A DNA stretch of 64,000 bases. It comes from an uncultured virus (IMG/VR IMGVR_UViG_3300007231_000006) (Duplodnaviria > Heunggongvirae > Uroviricota > Caudoviricetes). Made by a program: the position numbers and the translations under genes. The notes below the pieces were generated by a model. That model worked only from the letters and a program-made list of their open reading frames with translations, was not told the origin of the DNA and made no database searches. Positions 56,811-64,000 of the stretch are shown in pieces (position 1 is the first letter of the stretch; every line of letters begins with the position of its first letter). The DNA lies in the IMG/VR virus record IMGVR_UViG_3300007231_000006; one strand, given 5' to 3'.

Positions 56811-59027
56811 TTATTTAATTATTTCGGATGCAAATCCTTTGTTGTTGTATTTTGCTATATTCAAGTTGAGCGAAGGTTTATGCTTTTCAGCGTGTGGAGT
56901 GTATAGGTGTCTATTACAAGCCATGATAGCCAGGCCTGAACTTATAGCCGCGTCAAATTTAGTTCTTTTGTTTATATCAAAACCAGCCCAGTCGTTCAGT
57001 GTTTCTTGAAAGTAAACTGTCCCGTAGTTGCCGTCACCTAGATGACCAACATGGGATTGTATATACATTTCAATCGCTGCCGCGTGGGCTTGTTTGATGT
57101 CTTCACTGGAGTTTGGTATACCACCTACTTCTTTCTCAGCAACAGAAAGCTTATTCCAAACCTTGTCTGGTCTGTTCATGCTATAGCCTCTGTATCCTCT
57201 TCGCTTTAGGTAGTAAAGCAGTCTTGGTTTGTTGTTCTCTGCAAGTAGAGGCATTCCGTAAAACACCAATGCCATAAGCACGTCTTCAAAAAATATCTCA
57301 GCAGTTTGGGGTCTTGCTACATACTCTAAGAAAAACGAGCTAGGCGGCGCGTCCTCCATGGAAAACTTAGTTAATCCATGAAGTGCTCCTTTTGAACCCT
57401 TTCCATCTACAGTTCCAGATATGTCGTAACTGTCACAACCAAAAGCACCTACGTGCTCGTTGCCAGGGAATTTTACCCCGTTTTTAACAATCGACTTGTT
57501 CTGTAGACTTATTGGCGGAACCCAGCTTATATTAAATCTTCCGTTAGGATCAGGGTAGAAGATTACTTTAGAATCTTTTACACCGTTCTCCCATTGAAAG
57601 CTACCTTTAGTGGTATGTGCGCTGTGACGGCTGCCCTCGTTATAATCTATTTGCTCGTAAATCTTTACTAGGTTGAATATACTATTCTTAGCCTCATCTC
57701 TAAAAGCGTGTTCTACGGTTCTAGGGAATTGTCTATAAAATTCGTTTAATCCATCCTGGTCATCTTTTAAACCATGGGCTTCGTTTTCCCAATGATCTAT
57801 AACACCTATGTCTATTAGTTCACCATCTGGTGACAGTCTTTCTCCATCGTCTGGAGTATTAAATACAGGAAATCCGAATCTGTCAATAAATCCCTCATAG
57901 TTCCATTCCATTGGGATAAAGAGAGAATAAAGCCCAGACTTCGTCTGTCCATTTCTATTTCTCTTTGAAACATTTGAATCATTGTACAGTTTCTTAAAGT
58001 TGTTACCGCCTTTGTCTAAAGCGTTTGAGGTAGACCCCATCAAGCACTTTCCTATAATTCTACTTCCTAACCTAAGACAAGTTTTAGTTACTCGCCAGTT
58101 GTTGAGTATGTTGTCAGGTCTTTCCCACTTACCACTTTCATCATGTACTAGCAGGTTAAGCTTTTCACCGTCATAACTGTTGTCGCCTGTGTTCTTCCAG
58201 TCAATCGTAGTGTCAAGTCCTACTAGTTCCTCAAGCTTTTCATTGCTCTGTATCTTCCTTCTAGTAAACTTACTAGCAGGTACTCTATAAGCAAGTTCAG
58301 ACTTAGGTCTGTCCATACCATCTTGTATAGGCTTGAAGAAAAACGGGTAGTTCATTGATATAGGAACTATCTTATCCGTAAACATTTTCTTTGCGTCTCC
58401 ACCTGATTTAGACAACACTCCATATCTACTATCACTCGATATGGTCGCTAAGTTAACTGTTTCAGCTGAACTCATAAAAGAAAAACCAGATCTTCTATTC
58501 TTTAGATAGCACATGCCGTAGCATCTTTTATCTGCTTTACACGCTTCCCAGAATATAAAAAATAACCTGTTTGACTCTCTGAAGTCTGCGGCACCTACGT
58601 CAATCTTGCTCCACTGGAGGTACATGTAGTGACTTCCAGTTATGTACGTTGGCTCTCCATCGTTCACGAACCAGAATCCTTCTTCTCTCCGAATAAACTC
58701 TTCGTCTATATAATCGTACCATCTTTCTTTAAGTTCTTCAGGGTAGGCTTTCCAGTCAAATATATTTTTAAGCTTGCCTAGTTCTTTAGGAACTTCTTGT
58801 TTAACCCATTGGTTAGCCCGGTTTTCAATCGTAGTGCTTTTTTTCGGTAAAGCTATTTTCAAGCCTTGTATTTCGTACACGTCCCCGATTTGACCGGTCT
58901 TAGAGATAACTATAACGTCATGCTCTTTATTATAACCATAGTCCCACTTTTTCGACTTGTTGAGTCTACTTATAGCGTTACTTTTTATAGGATGTATTAC
59001 CTTAAGTAGCTCTTGCTGATACTTCAT
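56811..59027 (-). CDS. terL: Terminase large subunit
   Basis: KNRRSGFS Walker A, LVHDESGK Walker B, MGST, FGCDSYD nuclease, AENN. Confidence 0.88.
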   Translation of the reverse strand: MKYQQELLKVIHPIKSNAISRLNKSKKWDYGYNKEHDVIVISKTGQIGDVYEIQGLKIALPKKSTTIENRANQWVKQEVPKELGKLKNIFDWKAYPEELKERWYDYIDEEFIRREEGFWFVNDGEPTYITGSHYMYLQWSKIDVGAADFRESNRLFFIFWEACKADKRCYGMCYLKNRRSGFSFMSSAETVNLATISSDSRYGVLSKSGGDAKKMFTDKIVPISMNYPFFFKPIQDGMDRPKSELAYRVPASKFTRRKIQSNEKLEELVGLDTTIDWKNTGDNSYDGEKLNLLVHDESGKWERPDNILNNWRVTKTCLRLGSRIIGKCLMGSTSNALDKGGNNFKKLYNDSNVSKRNRNGQTKSGLYSLFIPMEWNYEGFIDRFGFPVFNTPDDGERLSPDGELIDIGVIDHWENEAHGLKDDQDGLNEFYRQFPRTVEHAFRDEAKNSIFNLVKIYEQIDYNEGSRHSAHTTKGSFQWENGVKDSKVIFYPDPNGRFNISWVPPISLQNKSIVKNGVKFPGNEHVGAFGCDSYDISGTVDGKGSKGALHGLTKFSMEDAPPSSFFLEYVARPQTAEIFFEDVLMALVFYGMPLLAENNKPRLLYYLKRRGYRGYSMNRPDKVWNKLSVAEKEVGGIPNSSEDIKQAHAAAIEMYIQSHVGHLGDGNYGTVYFQETLNDWAGFDINKRTKFDAAISSGLAIMACNRHLYTPHAEKHKPSLNLNIAKYNNKGFASEIIK

Positions 59028-59299
59028 CTAGATCTACCTTCGGCAAAACCTTTAAAAGTAGCTTCTTTACTAGACTCGCTTAGCACGCTGTCTAAAAGGT
59101 TCTGCTCTTCTTGAATTCTAGTGAGTATTTCAAACGCGTCGAATATAGCAAGCTTTTTAGTAGCAGCAGCGTTTTTAAGTCTATCAGCTGATATATCGTC
59201 ATCAGAATCTATAATAGGTTCTTTAGCGACTTTAATCAACTCATCAACTGCTACTTGCCCAGCTTGGATTATACTCTTCTTCGTTTCCTTGATATTCAT
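59024..59299 (-). CDS. Putative terminase small subunit (start MNIKET)
   Basis: Helical 91 aa directly upstream of terL, ATGA overlap. Confidence 0.5.
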   Translation of the reverse strand: MNIKETKKSIIQAGQVAVDELIKVAKEPIIDSDDDISADRLKNAAATKKLAIFDAFEILTRIQEEQNLLDSVLSESSKEATFKGFAEGRSR

Positions 59300-59849
59300 A
59301 TTTAATTGTAATAAATTTAGACAGCACCCTATACATCCTTTGGCCTTCAACGATAAACTCAAACTCGCTGCTCGGCGTAAAGCCAACTAAGCTGCCCTCT
59401 TCTACTGTGCCGTCAGAGTACTTGACTATACCAACAAGCGGCATCTCTTCTAAGTCCTCTACTTCAAACCCTTCTATAGCAGACTGGTGCTTTATAGGTT
59501 GTACGAAGCAGTAGCCGTTTATGCTCTTCCAGTTATCGTTAGACTTGTACAGGTATAGCTGATCCGGAGATACTAAGTATTTTCCTTCTTCTAGAAAAGC
59601 CCTGCTGTTCTTCTCACGGCCTTTTACATCGTGCCATCGCCTAAAAACGTTATGGTGGACAAGTACCGTGTCACCGTCTTTTATATCTGTGTTAGATATC
59701 TTAGGCGTGGTTAAAACAACAGCCTCTCTATTTATATACTGGTGGTTGAATATCTCTGAGTTTATAATCAACTCATGTTCATCCACTTTTTTAACGTTGT
59801 TATATCTCTCACCTTTAGGTGATACAACAAAATTATATATTGATCTCAT
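59244..59849 (-). CDS. GroES-like protein (tandem co-chaperonin-fold domains, tentative)
   Basis: Two beta modules ending IKDGDTVLVH and VEEGSLVGF..EFIVEGQRMY. Confidence 0.45.
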   Translation of the reverse strand: MRSIYNFVVSPKGERYNNVKKVDEHELIINSEIFNHQYINREAVVLTTPKISNTDIKDGDTVLVHHNVFRRWHDVKGREKNSRAFLEEGKYLVSPDQLYLYKSNDNWKSINGYCFVQPIKHQSAIEGFEVEDLEEMPLVGIVKYSDGTVEEGSLVGFTPSSEFEFIVEGQRMYRVLSKFITIKYEYQGNEEEYNPSWASSS

Positions 59850-60076
59850 TAATATTCCAGGTTGTATTCAACTGAAATTGCCATGTTTTTATTAAAGTCC
59901 TTCCAAGGTATCACAGCGTTGCCTTTTCTTATGTAAATAGAGTACTTGTCTTCTTCCTCTAGTATATCACAAATAGTATGACCGCCATAAACCTCCTGAC
60001 CCACAGCGTAATGCATGGAGTCAGTTTTGTAGTCTTTACCTATCGTTATCTTCCTTATTAGATGGCTCATCTTCAC
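59849..60076 (-). CDS. Hypothetical protein
   Basis: 75 aa, tiled. Confidence 0.7.
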   Translation of the reverse strand: MKMSHLIRKITIGKDYKTDSMHYAVGQEVYGGHTICDILEEEDKYSIYIRKGNAVIPWKDFNKNMAISVEYNLEY

Positions 60077-60329
60077 CGTAGTTTATAACACCGGTTTGGA
60101 TGTCTATATTGTTTGTACCGTAGGTTTCTTGAAGGTTTTTCTGCATCATAATAAGCTGCTCATTAACTTGGAACACGGACTGTACAGCTACGTGTTTTTG
60201 AAGTTCTAACTGAACAATATCGTTTCGGTGCTTGTTTATGTTTGCTACCGCTTGCTGCATATTCTGCAGTTCCTCTTTAGTGATCTCGGTTGGCTTGAGA
60301 TCAACTACTTTGTTTTTTGATTTTCCCAT
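60036..60329 (-). CDS. Coiled-coil protein
   Basis: ..LQETYG..NIDIQTG. Confidence 0.7.
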   Translation of the reverse strand: MGKSKNKVVDLKPTEITKEELQNMQQAVANINKHRNDIVQLELQKHVAVQSVFQVNEQLIMMQKNLQETYGTNNIDIQTGVINYGEDEPSNKEDNDR

Positions 60330-60341
60330 GATTTAATTAAA

Positions 60342-60473
60342 TTAACGCCCTTGCCCTCGGTATTTTTTCTTGTATAAGGGAGAAGACTTTTGGTTTGATT
60401 GTTTTGTTTTCGCGTGAACCCCAGGTCTATTGATACTTTTTGATTCGTACGTATTTACGGCTTTATTAGCCAT
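60342..60473 (-). CDS. Small basic protein ending KKKYRGQGR, 43 aa
   Basis: Manual translation MANKAVNTYESKSINRPGVHAKTKQSNQKSSPLYKKKYRGQGR. Confidence 0.7.
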   Translation of the reverse strand: MANKAVNTYESKSINRPGVHAKTKQSNQKSSPLYKKKYRGQGR

Positions 60474-60506
60474 GATTAAATTGTATTAAATTGTTGTTAA
60501 TTGTTT

Positions 60507-60836
60507 TTAATATCCAAAGTAGAATATTACTCCACCAGCTGTGGTGGTTGGAGGCGTAAAACTATCCCACCTTCCATATATTGTTAGTCCAGCTGGGAAT
60601 GAAGTAGCAGCATCTGATTCCGCAGCACCACCACCGTTGCCAGCAACAGCGGCTGTATGACTAAAATAAGCGGCATCAGGATTATCCGTAGAAGCTACCA
60701 GTGTAGACAATACTGTTGCTTCTAAAAAAGTTATAGCTATTATTTTTTTTCCAGTTGGAGGAGTAACTTCAACAGCCTCGTCGCTAAAACCACTACCAAA
60801 CTGTCCTAATTGATCTGTTCCTATGTTAAATCCCAT
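60507..60836 (-). CDS. Putative structural protein
   Basis: FPAGLTIYGRW motif, Ala/Thr-rich. Confidence 0.55.
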   Translation of the reverse strand: MGFNIGTDQLGQFGSGFSDEAVEVTPPTGKKIIAITFLEATVLSTLVASTDNPDAAYFSHTAAVAGNGGGAAESDAATSFPAGLTIYGRWDSFTPPTTTAGGVIFYFGY

Positions 60837-60839
60837 AAT

Positions 60840-61232
60840 TTATTTTTTTACTTTTTCTAGTGATCTTCCGCCAAAATATGCACCGATCACGGTTATTAAC
60901 ACTAATTGAAGAAGGTCTACGTATGAGTCCTTCACGTTGAAATTTATTGTCCCTGCATCAATGAATATCAATAACATCGTGCATACTATCAAGAATATAA
61001 GAACCATAGGCCTTACGTTCTTTGAAAGCCAAGAGTCAGATCTTAAGTCCGCCTCCCATCGAGAAGTGATGTTCTTTTCCATCTCTATCTCGTAATTCGC
61101 TACAAGCTCTTTTACCTTGCGTTCGGCTTCAAGTTTCTCGTCCTTCGATGTAGTTAAGTTATCTAGCACTCCACCGACGTTTTTTATAAGGTCGGCAGCT
61201 CCACCAGAAAGTACTTTACTAAGTATACCCAT
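60840..61232 (-). CDS. Holin, 3TM (GTA-holin-like)
   Basis: RWEAD..SDSWLSKNVRP..TM..YFGGRSLEK. Confidence 0.75.
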   Translation of the reverse strand: MGILSKVLSGGAADLIKNVGGVLDNLTTSKDEKLEAERKVKELVANYEIEMEKNITSRWEADLRSDSWLSKNVRPMVLIFLIVCTMLLIFIDAGTINFNVKDSYVDLLQLVLITVIGAYFGGRSLEKVKK

Positions 61233-61705
61233 TATTTACCTCTGTTTTTTCTCGCTTTTTCTTTAGCGTTGTGATCTCGCAGTTCTTGTCTCTTCTTTGC
61301 TTTCTCAGCAGAGGAAAGGTTTGCCATAGCTCTTGAATCTTGTTTTTCAGCCTTGTCGCTAAGCTTTTTCGCTTTACCGGTGTTACCCCTTGCGCTTGCT
61401 TTAAGGGATCTTCTTGCTAGGTTAGCCGCTTTATTGTCCGCAGCGTAACCGGCTTCCCCGTCAACTCGGCGCGTTACAGCTGCTACTCTACCGAATTTCT
61501 TGTTTTTGATTCTCTCTCCTCGATCTTTCATAGGAGACTCCGCTTTTGAAGCATGAACCGCTTTACGCTGGGCATCGCTTGCATATTTTTTCATAGGAGA
61601 TTCTGGCGCCGCTTCGATCTTGGCTTTTAGTTCCTCTGGTAAGTTATGCTGCTTACCTACTAACGCTTTTGTCATTGGGCTTTTGCCCCTCATTTTAAAT
61701 GCCAT
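61232..61705 (-). CDS. Basic protein with MAFKMRG N-terminus and SPMK repeats
   Basis: Start reassigned to MAFKMRGKSP. Confidence 0.65.
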   Translation of the reverse strand: MAFKMRGKSPMTKALVGKQHNLPEELKAKIEAAPESPMKKYASDAQRKAVHASKAESPMKDRGERIKNKKFGRVAAVTRRVDGEAGYAADNKAANLARRSLKASARGNTGKAKKLSDKAEKQDSRAMANLSSAEKAKKRQELRDHNAKEKARKNRGK

Positions 61706-61706
61706 G

Positions 61707-61925
61707 TTAATTCTTTTTTGCAAATTTTTCTACACCACTAATACCAAACGAACCTAAAACCACCCAAACAAACGAATTGTAAACAAAGTCGTTAATTACT
61801 AGATCCTTACCTATTGCTCCAGAAACAGTGTCTGCAATCATTACCAGAACCATTATTGCAAAGGCTACAAATCCAACTATTGCTTTTTCGTTCCATTCGT
61901 TCGAGTCTTTAAATATATCAAACAT
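61707..61925 (-). CDS. Two-TM membrane protein (holin-like)
   Basis: MFDIFKD..two hydrophobic helices..GVEKFAKKN. Confidence 0.6.
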   Translation of the reverse strand: MFDIFKDSNEWNEKAIVGFVAFAIMVLVMIADTVSGAIGKDLVINDFVYNSFVWVVLGSFGISGVEKFAKKN

Positions 61926-62277
61926 CGCTCTCGTTTTTAACAGCTCGTTTTTCCCAAGGGAATACGTTGTCTCCTTCTGGGTACCACTTACCGTTGTATT
62001 TAATCTCACCGTCTTTACGAGGGTAAGTTTTTTTACCATCTCTAACAAAATCGTCACCGTATGCTATTTTACCGCTCTTCATCTCAGAGGCATGTAAGCT
62101 TTCATGCGCTATAACTCTTTTTTCTAGAGCGCTGCCCTTAGGCACGGACTTATCTATATGTATGCTTCCATCCATATTAGCCTCACCCATTATGCCTGAT
62201 TCAAGGTTTTTTCTAAATATAGGCGTATCCTTGGAATTCCTATTCTGGCGTTTCTCTCTACCAAGTTTAAAACCCAT
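61918..62277 (-). CDS. Small zincin-like metallopeptidase
   Basis: GEANMDGSIHI..VIAHESLH..PWEKRA. Confidence 0.6.
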   Translation of the reverse strand: MGFKLGREKRQNRNSKDTPIFRKNLESGIMGEANMDGSIHIDKSVPKGSALEKRVIAHESLHASEMKSGKIAYGDDFVRDGKKTYPRKDGEIKYNGKWYPEGDNVFPWEKRAVKNESDV

Positions 62278-62278
62278 A

Positions 62279-62719
62279 TTATCTATCTTTATCTCGTATC
62301 ATATCATCTACAGACTTGCTATAGACTTTATCTGAATACGATTTGTTTTTATAAAAAACACTCCTGTCAGAGGTTGGTATATCCTCTTCACCTAGCAAGA
62401 TACGGTATATCCTACTTACTAGCTGGGAGCATTGGAATGAAGTCTTGTATACAGAGTACTTTATACTCTTACCGTTTCTTTGCCTCCAAGTCTCTATCCA
62501 TCCAGCTGATCGTAGCTTCTCCCACCTTCTCTTATCCCAAGAGTACGTGTAAGCGCCCTCGATAAATTCGTTGCGGGTAAATCTACCCTTATGATCTAGG
62601 TATATCAATAACTCTAGATCGGCATCGGTTAACCCATAAGTCTTACAGGCCCACTTACGCGTGAGCCTGTAGTACTTAAGGATATTCAATTCACGCAGAT
62701 CCTGCGCGGTTAGTCTCAT
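62279..62719 (-). CDS. Winged-helix DNA-binding protein (putative)
   Basis: YGLTDADLELLIYL..FT..L...GWI. Confidence 0.5.
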   Translation of the reverse strand: MRLTAQDLRELNILKYYRLTRKWACKTYGLTDADLELLIYLDHKGRFTRNEFIEGAYTYSWDKRRWEKLRSAGWIETWRQRNGKSIKYSVYKTSFQCSQLVSRIYRILLGEEDIPTSDRSVFYKNKSYSDKVYSKSVDDMIRDKDR

Positions 62720-62722
62720 GTG

Positions 62723-63097
62723 TTATGAGTCTATAGTTATAGCTAGAGCGGATATCGCTGGCATACCGGCCGCGTACACACTCTCTGTGAGGTCAGCGAC
62801 TGTGTGCATGATGCCTCCGTGAGGGTGTGCGTTTAGCAAGCTTGAGACAGCTTCTGCTATCTCCTTGCATTTATGCCCGTTGATATCAGCTTGGTCATCT
62901 GCTACCGTTGCTGAGTTCAAATGCGTTAGCACAACTTTATCCAGGCCATCTCCCACGCCGGTTTGGCCTTCAAAGTATAACGTTGTAGTTGTAGCTGACG
63001 TTGGGTCTACACCTATGAATCTTGAGGCTGGCCACATAGCAGAATCGCCTGTTGCGTCTGCTCCATCGCCATCTGAGAAGTATAAATAATTTTCCAT
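62723..63097 (-). CDS. Putative structural protein (paralogue of 63122-63553)
   Basis: YLYF..PAS.F.G.DPT..L.FE. Confidence 0.6.
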   Translation of the reverse strand: MENYLYFSDGDGADATGDSAMWPASRFIGVDPTSATTTTLYFEGQTGVGDGLDKVVLTHLNSATVADDQADINGHKCKEIAEAVSSLLNAHPHGGIMHTVADLTESVYAAGMPAISALAITIDS

Positions 63098-63121
63098 GTT
63101 ATTATTTTTTTATGTTAATTA

Positions 63122-63553
63122 TTAAGCGATTGCGCATCCAGTTACATTTCCCAAGAATGCCTTGTGGTATACAGCTGTTTTAGTTCCATACTGAGCTGGA
63201 TCATAAGAAGTGCCCGCACCACCAGTAGCTGTAGTAAGCTCTTTAGCAGTTGTCACTTCAGCATCAGCAACCACGATAACCCCAGCGTTTGCTTTATTAG
63301 GATTAGAGTTCATTATAGACGCTAATGCGGCCATAACCTGCTTATGTGTATCCGTCGCTATAGTTAGGGTTACGACATTAACTGTGTCGGTTGCCACCAC
63401 GTCTTCAAATGACAGCGTTAAAGCGTTGTCACCTGTTGGGTTAGCCCCTAAGTAAGAGCTAGCCGGAACGCAGATAGCCTCTGTCGTTGTAGCCACTTCT
63501 GCTTCCGCGAAGTAAAGGTAAGGGCCTTTCGCCCTAATTGATTGTTGTGCCAT
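63122..63553 (-). CDS. Putative structural protein (paralogue of 62723-63097)
   Basis: YLYF..PAS.Y.G.NPT..L.FE. Confidence 0.6.
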   Translation of the reverse strand: MAQQSIRAKGPYLYFAEAEVATTTEAICVPASSYLGANPTGDNALTLSFEDVVATDTVNVVTLTIATDTHKQVMAALASIMNSNPNKANAGVIVVADAEVTTAKELTTATGGAGTSYDPAQYGTKTAVYHKAFLGNVTGCAIA

Positions 63554-63624
63554 TTTAAAATTTTTTAATTAGTTGTTTGTTTAAATGTTCTCCGTTTAAG
63601 GTTTGAGGTTCAAGGTTTAGGTCT

Positions 63625-63640
63625 AATATATATATCACAC
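63625..63640 (-). promoter_or_regulatory. Putative late promoter GTGTGATATATAT
   Basis: Intergenic, heads the structural arm; matches 10005 and 40960. Confidence 0.35.
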
Positions 63641-63654
63641 GTTTAGTGAGGTAG

Positions 63655-63912
63655 TTACTCCACTAAAACAACGTCTCTTGCTCGAATCACTTGGTATACT
63701 GTATCTGCCCAAGTTATACCGTGTCCAGCATGTTTGTCGTAATATATAACATCTTTATCTTGTAGGCCTTCAACTAAGTTTCCAGTAGAAACTATAGTAG
63801 CCTTTACGTACCTATTGTCACTGTCTAGATCTTCTGTTAGAATTAAGCCTCCAACCTTTTTAGGTCCGACTTTCTCTATATCTACTACAATGTAGTCATT
63901 AATTGCTTTCAT
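63655..63912 (-). CDS. groES: Co-chaperonin GroES
   Basis: KAINDYIVV..KKVGGLIL..IVSTG..D.IYY..VIRARDVV. Confidence 0.8.
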   Translation of the reverse strand: MKAINDYIVVDIEKVGPKKVGGLILTEDLDSDNRYVKATIVSTGNLVEGLQDKDVIYYDKHAGHGITWADTVYQVIRARDVVLVE

Positions 63913-64000
63913 CTGCTCTAGCGTTTGAGATTACACAATCAGCGGATATAATGGTAGACACTACAGAGCAAGCGTTTTTCAAAGCGGACTTAGTAACTAG
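63899..64000 (-). CDS. groEL: Chaperonin GroEL, C-terminal fragment (partial at window edge)
   Basis: LVTKSALKNACSVVSTIISADCVI matches GroEL KVTRSALQNAASVA..TECVI; overlaps groES start. Confidence 0.75.
   Translation of the reverse strand, partial: LVTKSALKNACSVVSTIISADCVISNARADESN

Noticed and set aside
1..64000. Stop-codon reassignment as in some crAss-like phages
   Set aside because: Long genes are intact under the standard code, TAG and TGA act as stops, and no suppressor tRNA is seen.
1..64000. Lysogeny module or prophage boundaries
   Set aside because: No integrase, repressor pair or host flanking genes recognised.
1..64000. Apparent abundance of palindromic 4-mers (CTAG, AGCT, ACGT) as support for modified DNA
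   Set aside because: Visual impression only; needs observed/expected k-mer counts.

Overview
This window is most of the genome of a lytic dsDNA tailed phage with podovirus/crAss-like virion genes. The host is very likely a marine Bacteroidetes (Flavobacteriia): starts are A-rich without Shine-Dalgarno sequences, signal peptides follow the Q-rule, and two proteins carry T9SS sorting domains. Two convergent arms meet at a bidirectional terminator near 18.6 kb. The + arm (1-18.6 kb) carries many small early ORFs behind a 9-copy promoter-like motif, tRNA-Arg(UCU), a rearranged tRNA-Ile(UAU)-like RNA and two other structured RNA candidates. It also encodes ligase, a DenV-like glycosylase, sigma factor, ERF/exonuclease, SSB, primase-helicase, a T4 gp42-like dCMP-modifying enzyme, MazG-like enzymes, an endonuclease and class II RNR; no DNA polymerase is visible. 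The - arm carries groEL (partial)/groES, holins, terminase, portal, capsid and tail genes, a 3096-aa multidomain ejected protein, a five-gene exported-protein cassette with two T9SS cargo proteins, tail fibres and an M15 endolysin. All assignments come from motif recognition and manual folding, not database searches.
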